Made by a program: the position numbers and the translations under genes
NCBI RefSeq assembly: GCF_964355755.1
Contig: NC_092678.1
Coordinates: forward strand, 9,626,422 to 9,690,421
DNA from: Antedon mediterranea
Taxonomy: Eukaryota; Animalia; Echinodermata
Length of the DNA stretch: 64,000 bases
Reading direction: 5' to 3'
The notes under the pieces: model-generated
Told to the model about the DNA's origin: nothing
What the model saw: only the letters and a program-made list of their open reading frames with translations
The model's database searches: none
Shown: positions 24,201 through 39,200 of the stretch, in pieces
How positions within the stretch are numbered: position 1 is the first letter of the stretch
Layout of the letters: every line of letters begins with the position of its first letter

Positions 24201-27200
24201 TTTTGAGGGTTGTAAATATCAGGCCTAAACAAGTGGACCTTTTTTAAAATCAGAAACAAAGTTGCATGGCATTATTTTTCATTGATTGATCATCCATTTC
24301 ATATAAATAGACTATTATCAGCTCTTCGGTCATAAAATGGTTTGCGGCGAACGGGTAATGCTCAGGTTTGAGTGATTTCAATAGTGGGTTCGAACTTCTA
24401 GGGATATTTTTTTTTTTTTTTTATTTGAAAATAAATATTTTTTTTGAAGGTGAGATATTTTGAGGGTTGTAAATGACAGGCCTAAACAAATGAACCTTTT
24501 TTAAAATCAGAAACAAAGTTACATGGCATTATTTTTCATTGATTTATTATTTATTTCATATAAATAGAGTATTATCAGCTCTTCAGTCATCTACTGGTTT
24601 GTGGCGTAGCGGGTAATGCTCAAGTTTGAGTGCTCTCACTAGTGGGTTCGAACCTCTACTGATATTTTATTTCTTTTTTTTTTTTAATTGAAAAAATATT
24701 GTTTTTGAAAGTGAGATATTTTGAGGGTTGTAAATGTCAGGCCAAAACAAGTGAACCTTTTTTAAAATCAGAAACAAAGTTGCATGGCATTATTTTTCAT
24801 TTATTGATCATTCATTTCATATAAATAGACTATTATCAGCTCCTCAGTCACCTACTGGTTGGTGGCGTAACGGATAATGCTCAGGTTTGAGTTCTCTCAG
24901 TAGTGGGTTCGAACCTCTAGGGATTTTTTTTTTTTAATTGAAAATAAATATTGTTTTTGAAAGTGAGATATTTTTAGGGTTGTAAATGTCAGGCCTAAAC
25001 AAGTGAACCTTTTTTTAAATCAGAAACAAAGTTGCATGGCATTATTTTTCATTGATTGATCATTCATTTCATATAAATAGACTATTATCAGCTCTTCAGT
25101 CATCTACTGGTTTGTGGCGTAACGGGTAATGCTCAGTTTTGAGTGCTCTGAGTAGTGGGTCGAACCTCTAGGGATATTTTTTTTCTTTTTTTTTTAAATT
25201 GAAAATAAATATGGTTTTTGAAAGTGAGATATTTTGAGGGTTGTAAATGTCAGGCCTAAACAAGTGGACCTTTTTTAAAATCAGAAACAAAGTTGCATGG
25301 CATTATTTTTCATTGATTGATCATTCATTTCATATAAATAGACTATTATCAGCTCTTCAGTCATCTACTGGTTTGTGGCGTAACGGGTAATGCTCAGGTT
25401 TGAGTGCTCTGAGTAGTGGGTCGAACCTCTAGGGATATTTTTTTTCATTTTTTTTTAATTGAAAATAAATATGGTTTTTGAAAGTGAGATATTTTGAGGT
25501 TTTTAGGGTTGTGAATGTCAGGCCTAAACAAATGGATATTTTTTAAAATCAGAAACAAAGTTGCATGGCATTATTTTTCATTGATTGATCATTCATTTCA
25601 TATAAATAGACTATTATCAGCTCTTCAGTCATCTACTGGTTTGTGGCGTAACGGGTAATGCTCAGGTTTGAGTGCTCTGAGTAGTGGGTCGAACCTCTAG
25701 GGATATTTTTTTTCTTTTTTTTTAAAATTGAAAATAAATATGGATTTTGAAAGTGAGATATTTTGAGGGTTGTAAATGTCAGGCCTAAACAAGTGGACCT
25801 TTTTTAAAATCAGAAACAAAGTTGCATGACATTATTTTTCATTGATTTATTATTTATTTCATATAAATAGAGTATCGTCAGCTCTTCAGTCATCTACTGG
25901 TTTGTGGCGTAACGGGTAATGCTCAAGTTTGAGTGCTCTCACTAGTGGGTTCGAACCTCTACGGATATTTTGTTTCTTTTTTTTTTTTTTATTTAAAATA
26001 AATATTGTTTTTGAAAGTGAGATGTTTTGAGGGTTGTAAATGTCAGGCCTAAACAAGTGAACCTTTTTTAAAATCAGAAACAAAGTTGCATGGCATTATT
26101 TTTCATTGATTTATTATTAGTTTCATATAAATAGAGTATTATCAGCTCTTCAGTCATCTACTGGTTTGAGGCGTAACGGGTAATGCTCAGGTTTGAGTTC
26201 TCGCAGTAGTGGGTTCGAACCTCTAGGGATATTGCTTTTTTTTTTCTTATTGAAAATAAATATTGTTTTTGAAAGTGAGATATTTTTAGGGTTGTAAATG
26301 TCAGGCCTAAACAAGTGAACCTTTTTTTAAATCAGAAACAAAGTTGCATGGCCTTATTTTTCATTGATTGATCATTCATTTCATATAAATAGACTATTAT
26401 CAGCTCTTCAGTCATCTACTGGTTTGTGGCGTAACGGGTAATGCTCAGGTTTGAGTGCTCTGAGTAGTGGGTCGAACCTCTAGGGATATTTTTTTTCTTT
26501 TTTTTTTAAATTAAGAATAAATATGGATTTTGAAAGTGAGATATTTTGAGGGTTGTAAATGTCAGGCCTAAACAAGTGGACCTTTTTTAAAATCAGAAAC
26601 AAAGTTGCATGGCATTATTTTTCATTGATTTATTATTTATTTCATATAAATAGAGTATTGTCAGCTCTTCAGTCATCTACTGGTTTGTGGCGTAACGGGT
26701 AATGCTCAAGTTTGAGTGCTCTCACTAGTGGGTTCGAACCTCTACGGGTATTTTGTTTCTTTTTTTTTTAATTTAAAATAAATGTTGTTTTTGAAAGTGA
26801 GATATTTTGAGGGTTGTAAATGTCAGGCCTAAACAAGTGAACCTTTTTTAAAATCAGAAACAAAGTTGCATGGCATTATTTTTCATTGATTTATTATTAA
26901 TTTCATATAAATAGAGTATTATCAGCTCTTCAGTCATCTACTGGTTTGAGGCGTAACGGGTAATGCTCAGGTTTGAGTTCTCGCAGTAGTGGGTTCGAAC
27001 CTCTACGAATATTTTTTTTCTTTTTTTTTTTTTATTGAAAAAAATATTGTTTTTGAAAGTGAGATATTTTGAGGGTTGTAAATGTCAGGCCAAAACAAGT
27101 GGACCTTTTTTAAAATCAGAAACAAAGTTGCATGGCATTATTTTTCATTGATTGATCATTAATTTCATATAAATAGACTATTATCAGCTCTTCAGTTATC

Positions 27201-30200
27201 TACTGGTTTGTGGCGTAACGGGTAATACCCAGGTTTGAGTGCTTTCAGTAGCGGGTTCCAACCTCTAGGGATATTGCTTTTTTTTTTCTTATTGAAAATA
27301 AATTTTTTTTTTTTAAAATGAGATATTTTTTAGGGTTCTAAATGTCAGGCCTAAACAAATGGATTTTTTTTTAAATCAGAAACAAAGTTGCGTGGCATTA
27401 TTTTTCATCGATTGATAATTCATTTCATATAAATAGACTATTACCAGCTCTTCAGTCATCTACTGGTTTCTGGCGTAACGAGTAATGCTCAGGTTTGAGT
27501 GCTCTGAGTAGTGGGTCGAACCTCTAGGGATACTTTTTTTCTTTTTTTTTTAAATTGAAAATAAATATGGTTTTTGAAAGTGAGATATTTTGAGGGTTTT
27601 AAATGTCAAGCCTAACCAAGTGGACCTTTTTTTAAAATCAGAAACAAAGTTGCATAACATCATTTTACATTGATGGATCATTCATTTCATATAAATAGAC
27701 TGTTATCAGCTCTTCAGTCATCTACTGGTTTGTGGCGTAACCGGTAGTGCTCAGATTTGAGTTCTCGCAGTAGTGGGTTCGAACCTCTACGAATATTTTT
27801 ATTCTTTTTTTTTTAATTGAAAATAAATATTGTTTTTGAAAGTGAGATATTTTTAGGGTTGTAAATGTCAGGCCTAAACAAGTGGACCTTTTTTAAAATC
27901 AGAAACAAAGTTACATGGCATTATTTTTCATTGATTTATTATTTATTTCATATAAATAGAGTATTATCAGCTCTTCAGTCATCTACTGGTTTGTGGCGTA
28001 ACGGGTAATGCTCAGGTTTGAGTGCTCTGAGTAGTGGGTCGAACCTCTAGGGATATTTTTTTCTTTTTTTTTAAATTGAAAATAAATATGGTTTTTGAAA
28101 GTGATATATTTTGAGGGTTGTAAATATCAGGCCTAAACAAATGGACCTTTTTTAAAATCAGAAACATAGTTGCATGGCATTATTTTTCATTGATTTATTA
28201 TTCATTTCATATAAATAGAGTATTATCAGCTCTTCAGTCATCTACTGGTTTGTGGCGTAACGGGTAAAGCTCAAGTTTGATTGCTCTCACTAGTGGGTTC
28301 GAACCTCTACAGATATTTTGTTGCTTTTTTTTTTTTTATTTAAAATAAATATTGTTTTTGAAAGTGAGATATTTTGAGGGTTGTAAATATCAGGCCTAAA
28401 CAAGTGAACCTTTTTTAAAATCAGAAACAAAGTTGCATTGCATTATTTTTCATTGATTTATTATTAATTTCTTATAAATAGAGTATTATCAGCTCTTCAG
28501 TCATCTACTGGTTTGAGGCGTAACGGGTAATGCTCAGGTTTGAGTTCTCGCAGTAGTGGGTTCGAACCTCTACGAATATTTTTTTTTTTTTTTTTTTTAT
28601 TGAAAATAAATATTGTTTTTGAAAGTGAGATATTTTGAGGGTTGTAAATGTCAGGCCTAAACAAGTGGACCTTTTTTAAAATCAGAAACAAAGTTGTATC
28701 GCATTATTTTTCATTGATTTATTATTTATTTCATATAAATAGAGTATTATCAGCTCTTCAGTCATCTACTAGTTTGTGGCGTAACGGGTAATGCTCAAGT
28801 TTGAGTGCTCTCACTAGTGGGTTCGAACCTCTACGGATATTTTGTTTCTTTTTTTTTTTATTTAAAATAAATATTGTTTTTGAAAGTGAGATATTTTGAG
28901 GGTTGTAAATGTCAGGCCTAAACAAGTGAACCTTTTTTAAAATCAGAAGCAAAGTTGCATGGCATTATTTTTCATTGATTTATTATTAATTTCATATAAA
29001 TAGAGTATTATCAGCTCTTCAGTCATCTACTGGTTTGAGGCGTAACGGGTAATGCTCAGGTTTGAGTTCTCGCAGTAGTGGGTTCGAACCTCTACGAATA
29101 TTTTTTTTCTTTTTTTTTTTTTATTTAAAAAAATATTGTTTTTGAAAGTGAGATATTTTGAGGGTTGTAAATGTCAGGCCTAAACAAGTGGACCTTTTTT
29201 AAAATCAGAAACAAAGTTGCATGGCATTATTTTTATTGATTGATCATTCATTTCATATAAATAGACTATTATCAGCTCTTCAGTTATCTACTGGTTTGTG
29301 CCGTAACGGGTAATGCTCAAGTTTGAGTGCTCTCACTAGTGGGTTCGAACCTCTACGGAAATTTTTTTTTTTTTTTTTAAATAAATATTGTTTTTGAAAG
29401 TGAGATATTTTGAGGGTTGTAAATGTCAGGCCTAAACAAGTGAACCTTTTTTAAAATCAGAAACAAAGTTGCATGGCATTATTTTTCATTGATTTATTAT
29501 TAATTTCATATAATTAGAGTATTATCAGCTCTTCAGTCATCTACTGGTTTGAGGCGTAACGGGTAATGCTCAGGTTTGAGTTCTCGCAGTAGTGGGTTCG
29601 AACCTCTACGAATATTTTTTTTCTTTTTTTTTCTTTTTGAAAAAAATATTGTTTTTGAAAGTGAGATATTTTGAGGGTTGTAAATGTCAGGCCTAAACAA
29701 GTGGACCTTTTTTAAAATCAGAAACAAAGTTGCATGGCATTATTTTTCATTGATTGATCATTAATTTCATATAAATAGACTATTATCAACTCTTCAGTTA
29801 TCTACTGGTTTGTGGCGTGACGGGTAATACCCAGGTTTGAGTGCTCTCAGTAGCGGGTTCCAACCTCTAGGGATATTGCTTTTTTTTTTCTTATTGAAAA
29901 TAAATATTTTTTTTGAAAATGAGATATTTTTTAGGGTTGTGAATGTCAGGCCTAAACAAATGGATATTTTTTAAAATCAGAAATAAAGTTGCATGGCATT
30001 ATTTTTCATTGATTGATCATTCATTTCATATAAATAGACTATTATCAGCTCTTCAGTCATCTATTGGTTTGTGGCGTAACGGGTAATGCTCAGGTTTGAG
30101 TGCTCTGAGTAGTGGGTCGAACCTCTAGGGATATTTTTTTTCTTTTTTTTTTAAATTTAAAATAAATATGGATTTTGAAAGTGAGATATTTTGAGGGTTG

Positions 30201-33200
30201 TAAATGTCAGGCCTAAACAAGTGGACCTTTTTTAAAATCAGAAACAAAGTTGCATGGCATTATTTTTCATTGATTTATTATTTATTTCATATAAATAGAG
30301 TATTATCAGCTCTTCAGTCATCTACTGGTTTGTGGCGTAACGGGTAATGTTCAGGTTTGAGTTCTCGCAGTGGTGGGTTCGAACCTCTACGAATATTTTT
30401 TTTCTTTTTTTTTTTTTTTTAAATAAATATGGTTTTTGAAAGTGAGATATTTTGAGGGTTGTAAATGTCAGGCCTAAACAAGTGGACCTTTTTTAAAATC
30501 AGAAACAAAGTTGCATGGCATTATTTTTCATTGATTTATTATTAATTTCATATAAATAGAGTATTATCAGCTCTTCAGTCATCTACTGGTTTGAGGAGTA
30601 ACGGGTAATGCTCAGGTTTGAGTTCTCGCAGTAGTGGGTTCGAACCTCTACGAATATTTTTTTTCTTTTTTTTTTTATTGAAAAAAATATTGTTTTTGAA
30701 AGTGAGATATTTTGAGGGTTGTAAATGTCAGGCCTAAACAAGTGGACCTTTTTAAAATCAGAAACAAAGTTGCATGGCATTATTTTTCATTGATTTATTA
30801 TTAGTTTCATATAAATAGAGTATTATCAGCCCTTCAGTCATCTACTGGTTTGAGGCGTAACGGGTAATGCTCAGGTTTGAGTTCTCGCAGTAGTGGGTTC
30901 GAACCTCTAGGGATATTGCTTTTTTTTTTCTTATTGAAAATAAATATTTTTTTTGAAAATGAGATATTTTTTAGGGTTGTGAATGTCAGGCCTAAACAAA
31001 TTGATATTTTTTAAAATCAGAAATAAAGTTGCATGGCATTATTTTTCATTGATTGATCATTCATTTCATATAAATAGACTATTATCAGCTCTTCAGTCAT
31101 CTATTGGTTTGTGGCGTAACGGGTAATGCTCAGGTTTGAGTGCTCTGAGTAGTGGGTCGAACCTCTAGGGATATTTTTTTTCTTTTTTTTTTAAATTTAA
31201 AATAAATATGGATTTTGAAAGTGAGATATTTTGAGGGTTGTAAATGTCAGGCCTAAACAAGTGGACCTTTTTTAAAATCAGAAACAAAGTTGCATGGCAT
31301 TATTTTTCATTGATTTATTATTTATTCATATAAATAGAGTATTGTCAGCTCTTCAGTCATCTACTGGTTTGTGGCGTAACGGGTAATGCTCAAGTTTGAG
31401 TGCTCTCACTTGTGGGTTCGAACCTCTACGGATATTTTGTTTCTTTTTTTTTTTTTTATTTAAAATAAATATTGTTTTTGAAAGTGAGATGTTTTGAGGG
31501 TTGTAAATGTCAGGCCTAAACAAGTGAACCTTTTTTAAAATCAGAAACAAAGTTGCATGGCATTATTTTTCATTGATTTATTATTAGTTTCATATAAATA
31601 GAGTATTATCAGCTCTTCAGTCACCTACTGGTTTGAGGCGTAACGGGTAATGCTCAGGTTTGAGTTCTCGCAGTAGTGGGTTCGAACCTCTACGAATATT
31701 TTGTTTCTTTTTTTTTATTGAAAATAATATTATTTTTGAAAGTGAGATATTTTGAGGGTTGTAAATGTCAGGCCTAAACAAGTGAACCTTTTTTTAAAAT
31801 CAGAAACTAAGTTGCATGGCATTATTTTTCATTGATTGATAATTAATTTCATATAAATAGACTATTATCAGCTCTTCAGGTATCTACTGGTTTGTGGCGT
31901 AACGGGTAATACCCAGGATTGAGTGCTCTCAGTCGCGGGTTCCAACCTGTAAGGATATTTTTTTTTTAATTGAAAATAAATATTGTTTTTGAAAGTGAGA
32001 TATTTTGAGGGTTGTAAATGTCAGGCCTAAACAAGTGAACATTTTTTTCAATCAGAAACAAAGTTGCATGGCATTATTTTTCATTGATTGATCATTCATT
32101 TCATATATATAGACTATTATCAGCTCCTCAGTCATCTACTGGTTTGTGGCGTAACGGGTAATGCTCAGGTTTGAGTGCTCTCAGTAGTGTGTTCGAACCT
32201 ATACGGGTATTTTTTTTCTTTATTTTTTAATTGAAAATAAATATTGTTTTTGAAAGTGAGATATTTTGAGGGTTGCAACTGTCAGGCCTAAACAAGTGAA
32301 CCTTTTTTAAAATCAGAAACAAAGTTGCATGGCATTATTTTTCATTGATTTATTATTCATTTCATATAAATAAAGTATTATCAGCTCTTCAGTCATCTAC
32401 TGTTTGAGGCGCAACGGGTAATGCTCAAGTTTGAGTGCTCGCAGTAGTGGGTTCGAACCTCTAGGGATATTTCTTTTCTTTTTTTTTTTATTGAAAATAA
32501 ATATTTTTTTTGAAAGTGAGATATTTCGAGGGTTGTAAATGTCAGGCCTAAACAAGTGGACCTTTTTTAAAATCAGAAACAAAGTTGCATGGCATTATTT
32601 TTCATTGATTTATTATTTATTTCATATAAATAGAGTATTATCAGCTCTTCAGTCATCTACTGGTTTGTGGCGTAACGGGTAATGCTCAAGTTTGAGTGCT
32701 CTCACTAGTGGGTTCGAACCTCTACGGATATTTTGTTTCTTTTTTTTTTTATTTAAAATAAATATTGTTTTTGAAAGTGAGATATTTTGAGGGTTGTAAA
32801 TGTCAGGCCTAAACAAGTGAACCTTTTTTAAAATCAGAAACAAAGTTGCATGGTATTATTTTTCATTGATTTATTATTAATTTCATATAAATAGAGTATT
32901 ATCAGCTCTTCAGTCATCTACTGGTTTGAGGCGTAACGGGTAATGCTCAGGTTTGAGTTCTCGCAGTAGTGGGTTCGAACCTCTAGGGATATTGCTTTTT
33001 TTTTTCTTATTGAAAATAAATATTTTTTTTGAAAATGAGATATTTTTTAGGGTTGTGAATGTCAGGCCTAAACAAATGGATATTTTTTAAAATCAGAAAT
33101 AAAGTTGCATGGCATTATTTTTCATTGATTGATCATTCATTTCATATAAATAGACTATTATCAGCTCTTCAGTCATCTACTGGTTTGTGGCGTAACGGGT

Positions 33201-36200
33201 AATGCTCAGGTTTGAGTGCTCTGAGTAGTGGGTCGAACCTCTAGGGATATTTTTTTTTCTTTTTTTTTTAAATTGAAAATAAATATGGATTTTGAAAGTG
33301 AGATATTTTGAGGGTTGTAAATGTCAGGCCTAAACAAGTGGACCTTTTTTAAAATCAGAAACAAAGTTGCATGACATTATTTTTCATTGATTTATTATTT
33401 ATTTCATATAAATAGAGTATCGTCAGCTCTTCAGTCATCTACTGGTTTGTGGCGTAACGGGTAATGCTCAAGTTTGAGTGCTCTCACTAGTGGGTTCGAA
33501 CCTCTACGGATATTTTGTTTCTTTTTTTTTTTTTTATTTAAAATAAATATTGTTTTTGAAAGTGAGATGTTTTGAGGGTTGTAAATGTCAGGCCTAAACA
33601 AGTGAACCTTTTTTAAAATCAGAAACAAAGTTGCATGGCATTATTTTTCATTGATTTATTATTAGTTTCATATAAATAGAGTATTATCAGCTCTTCAGTC
33701 ATCTACTGGTTTGAGGCGTAACGGGTAATGCTCAGGTTTGAGTTCTCGCAGTAGTGGGTTCGAACCTCTAGGGATATTGCTTTTTTTTTTCTTATTGAAA
33801 ATAAATATTGTTTTTGAAAGTGAGATATTTTTAGGGTTGTAAATGTCAGGCCTAAACAAGTGAACCTTTTTTTAAATCAGAAACAAAGTTGCATGGCCTT
33901 ATTTTTCATTGATTGATCATTCATTTCATATAAATAGACTATTATCAGCTCTTCAGTCATCTACTGGTTTGTGGCGTAACGGGTAATGCTCAGGTTTGAG
34001 TGCTCTGAGTAGTGGGTCGAACCTCTAGGGATATTTTTTTTCTTTTTTTTTTAAATTAAGAATAAATATGGATTTTGAAAGTGAGATATTTTGAGGGTTG
34101 TAAATGTCAGGCCTAAACAAGTGGACCTTTTTTAAAATCAGAAACAAAGTTGCATGGCATTATTTTTCATTGATTTATTATTTATTTCATATAAATAGAG
34201 TATTGTCAGCTCTTCAGTCATCTACTGGTTTGTGGCGTAACGGGTAATGCTCAAGTTTGAGTGCTCTCACTAGTGGGTTCGAACCTCTACGGGTATTTTG
34301 TTTCTTTTTTTTTTTATTGAAAATAAATGTTGTTTTTGAAAGTGAGATATTTTTAGGGTTGTAAATGTCAGGCCTAAACAAGTGAACCTTTTTTAAAATC
34401 AGAAACAAAGTTGCATGGCATTATTTTTCATTGATTTATTATTAATTTCATATAAATAGAGTATTATCAGCTCTTCAGTCATCTACTGGTTTGAGGCGTA
34501 ACGGGTAATGCTCAGGTTTGAGTTCTCGCAGTAGTGGGTTCGAACCTCTACGAATATTTTTTTTCTTTTTTTTTTTTTATTGAAAAAAATATTGTTTTTG
34601 AAAGTGAGATATTTTGAGGGTTGTAAATGTCAGGCCAAAACAAGTGGACCTTTTTTAAAATCAGAAACAAAGTTGCATGGCATTATTTTTCATTGATTGA
34701 TCATTAATTTCATATAAATAGACTATTATCAGCTCTTCAGTTATCTACTGGTTTGTGGCGTAACGGGTAATACCCAGGTTTGAGTGCTTTCAGTAGCGGG
34801 TTCCAACCTCTAGGGATATTGCTTTTTTTTTTCTTATTGAAAATAAATTTTTTTTTTTTGAAAATGAGATATTTTTTAGGGTTCTAAATGTCAGGCCTAA
34901 ACAAATGGATTTTTTTTTAAATCAGAAACAAAGTTGCGTGGCATTATTTTTCATCGATTGATAATTCATTTCATATAAATAGACTATTACTAGCTCTTCA
35001 GTCATCTACTGGTTTCTGGCGTAACGAGTAATGCTCAGGTTTGAGTGCTCTGAGTAGTGGGTCGAACCTCTAGGGATACTTTTTTTCTTTTTTTTTTAAA
35101 TTGAAAATAAATATGGTTTTTGAAAGTGAGATATTTTGAGGGTTGTAAATGTCAGGCCTAAACAAGTGGACCTTTTTTAAAATCAGAAACAAAGTTGCAT
35201 GGCATTATTTTTCATTGATTGATAATTCATTTCATATAAATAGACTATTATCAGCTCTTCAGTCATCTACTGGTTTGTGGCGTAACGAGTAATGCTCAGG
35301 TTTGAGTGCTCTGAGTAGTGGGTCGAACCTCAAGGGATACTTTTTTTCTTTTTTTTTTAAATTGAAAATAAATATGGTTTTTGAAAGTGAGATATTTTGA
35401 GGGTTTTAAATGTCAAGCCTAACCAAGTGGACCTTTTTTTAAAATCAGAAACAAAGTTGCATAACATCATTTTACATTGATGGATCATTCATTTCATATA
35501 AATAGACTGTTATCAGCTCTTCAGTCATCTACTGGTTTGTGGCGTAACCGGTAGTGCTCAGATTTGAGTTCTCGCAGTAGTGGGTTCGAACCTCTACGAA
35601 TATTTTTATTCTTTTTTTTTTAATTGAAAATAAATATTGTTTTTGAAAGTGAGATATTTTTAGGGTTGTAAATGTCAGGCCTAAACAAGTGGACCTTTTT
35701 TAAAATCAGAAACAAAGTTACATGGCATTATTTTTCATTGATTTATTATTTATTTCATATAAATAGAGTATTATCAGCTCTTCAGTCATCTACTGGTTTG
35801 TGGCGTAACGGGTAAAGCTCAAGTTTGATTGCTCTCACTAGTGGGTTCGAACCTCTACGGATATTTTGTTGCTTTTTTTTTTTTTATTTAAAATAAATAT
35901 TGTTTTTGAAAGTGAGATATTTTGAGGGTTGTAAATATCAGGCCTAAACAAGTGAACCTTTTTTAAAATCAGAAACAAAGTTGCATTGCATTATTTTTCA
36001 TTGATTTATTATTAATTTCTTATAAATAGAGTATTATCAGCTCTTCAGTCATCTACTGGTTTGAGGCGTAACGGGTAATGCTCAGGTTTGAGTTCTCGCA
36101 GTAGTGGGTTCGAACCTCTACGAATATTTTTTTTTTTTTTTTTTTTATTGAAAATAAATATTGTTTTTGAAAGTGAGATATTTTGAGGGTTGTAAATGTC

Positions 36201-39200
36201 AGGCCTAAACAAGTGGACCTTTTTTAAAATCAGAAACAAAGTTGTATGGCATTATTTTTCATTGATTTATTATTTATTTCATATAAATAGAGTATTATCA
36301 GCTCTTCAGTCATCTACTAGTTTGTGGCGTAACGGGTAATGCTCAAGTTTGAGTGCTCTCACTAGTGGGTTCGAACCTCTACGGATATTTTGTTTCTTTT
36401 TTTTTTTTATTTAAAATAAATATTGTTTTTGAAAGTGAGATATTTTGAGGGTTGTAAATGTCAGGCCTAAACAAGTGAACCTTTTTTAAAATCAGAAGCA
36501 AAGTTGCATGGCATTATTTTTCATTGATTTATTATTAATTTCATATAAATAGAGTATTATCAGCTCTTCAGTCATCTACTGGTTTGAGGCGTAACGGGTA
36601 ATGCTCAGGTTTGAGTTCTCGCAGTAGTGGGTTCGAACCTCTACGAATATTTTTTTTTTTTTTTTTTTTTATTTAAAAAAATATTGTTTTTGAAAGTGAG
36701 ATATTTTGAGGGTTGTAAATGTCAGGCCTAAACAAGTGGACCTTTTTTAAAATCAGAAACAAAGTTGCATGGCATTATTTTTATTGATTGATCATTCATT
36801 TCATATAAATAGACTATTATCAGCTCTTCAGTTATCTACTGGTTTGTGCCGTAACGGGTAATGCTCAAGTTTGAGTGCTCTCACTAGTGGGTTCGAACCT
36901 CTACGGATATTTTTTTTTTTTTTTTTATAAATAAATATTGTTTTTGAAAGTGAGATATTTTGCGGGTTGTAAATATCAGGCCTAAACAAGTGAACCTTTT
37001 TTAAAATCAGAAACAAAGTTGCATTGCATTATTTTTCATTGATTTATTATTAATTTCATATAAATAGAGTATTATCAGCTCTTCAGTCATCTACTGGTTT
37101 GAGGCGTAACGGGTAATGCTCAGGTTTGAGTTCTCGCAGTAGTGGGTTCGAACCTCTACGAATATTTTTTTTTTTTTTTTTTTTTTATTGAAAATAAATA
37201 TTGTTTTTGAAAGTGAGATATTTTGAGGGTTGTAAATGTCAGGCCTAAACAAGTGGACCTTTTTTAAAATCAGAAACAAAGTTGTATGGCATTATTTTTC
37301 ATTGATTTATTATTTATTTCATATAAATAGAGTATTATCAGCTCTTCAGTCATCTACTAGTTTGTGGCGTAACGGGTAATGCTCAAGTTTGAGTGCTCTC
37401 ACTAGTGGGTTCGAACCTCTACGGATATTTTGTTTCTTTTTTTTTTTTATTTAAAATAAATATTGTTTTTGAAAGTGAGATATTTTGAGGGTTGTAAATG
37501 TCAGGCCTAAACAAGTGAACCTTTTTTAAAATCAGAAGCAAAGTTGCATGGCATTATTTTTCATTGATTTATTATTAATTTCATATAAATAGAGTATTAT
37601 CAGCTCTTCAGTCATCTACTGGTTTGAGGCGTAACGGGTAATGCTCAGGTTTGAGTTCTCGCAGTAGTGGGTTCGAACCTCTACGAATATTTGTTTTCTT
37701 TTTTTTTTTTTATTTAAAAAAATATTTTTTTTGAAAGTGAGATATTTTGAGGGTTGTAAATGTCAGGCCTAAACAAGTGGACCTTTTTTAAAATCAGAAA
37801 CAAAGTTGCATGGCATTATTTTTTATTGATTGATCATTCATTTCATATAAATAGACTATTATCAGCTCTTCAGTTATCTACTGGTTTGTGCCGTAACGGG
37901 TAATGCTCAAGTTTGAGTGCTCTCACTAGTGGGTTCGAACCTCTACGGATATTTTTTTTTTTTTTTTTTTAAATAAATATTGTTTTTGAAAGTGAGATAT
38001 TTTGAGGGTTGTAAATGTCAGGCCTAAACAAGTGAACCTTTTTTAAAATCAGAAACAAAGTTGCATGGCATTATTTTTCATTGATTTATTATTAATTTCA
38101 TATAATTAGAGTATTATCAGCTCTTCAGTCATCTACTGGTTTGAGGCGTAACGGGTAATGCTCAGGTTTGAGTTCTCGCAGTAGTGGGTTCGAACCTCTA
38201 CGAATATTTTTTTTCTTTTTTTTTCTTATTGAAAAAAATATTGTTTTTGAAAGTGAGATATTTTGAGGGTTGTAAATGTCAGGCCTAAACAAGTGGACCT
38301 TTTTTAAAATCAGAAACAAAGTTGCATGGCACTATTTTTCATTGATTGATCATTAATTTCATATAAATAGACTATTATCAACTCTTCAGTTATCTACTGG
38401 TTTGTGGCGTAACGGGTAATACCCAGGTTTGAGTGCTCTCAGTAGCGGGTTCCAACCTCTAGGGATATTGCTTTTTTTTTTCTTATTGAAAATAAATATT
38501 TTTTTTGAAAATGAGATATTTTTTAGGGTTGTAAATGTCAGGCCTAAACAAATGGATCTTTTTTAAAATCAGAAACAAAGTTGCATGGCATTATTTTTCA
38601 TTGATTGATAATTCATTTCATATAAATAGACTATTACCAGCTCTTCAGTCATCTACTGGTTTGTGGCGTAACGAGTAATGCTCAGGCTTGAGTGCTCTGA
38701 GTAGTGGGTCGAACCTCTAGGGATACTTTTTTTCTTTTTTTTTACATTGAAAATAAATATTGTTTTTGAAAGTGAGATATTTTGAGGGTTGTAAATATCA
38801 GGCCTAAACAAGTGAACCTTTTTTAAAATCAGAAACAAAGTTGCATTGCATTATTTTTCATTGATTTATTATTAATTTCATATAAATAGAGTATTATCAG
38901 CTCTTCAGTCATCTACTGGTTTGAGGCATAACGGGTAATGCTCAGGTTTGAGTTCTCGCAGTAGTGGGTTCGAACCTCTACGAATATTTTTTTTTTTTTT
39001 TTTTTTTATTGAAAATAAATATTGTTTTTGAAAGTGAGATATTTTGAGGGTTGTAAATGTCAGGCCTAAACAAGTGGACCTTTTTTAAAATCAGAAACAA
39101 AGTTGTATGGCATTATTTTTCATTGATTTATTATTTATTTCATATAAATAGAGTATTATCAGCTCTTCAGTCATCTACTAGTTTGTGGCGTAACGGGTAA

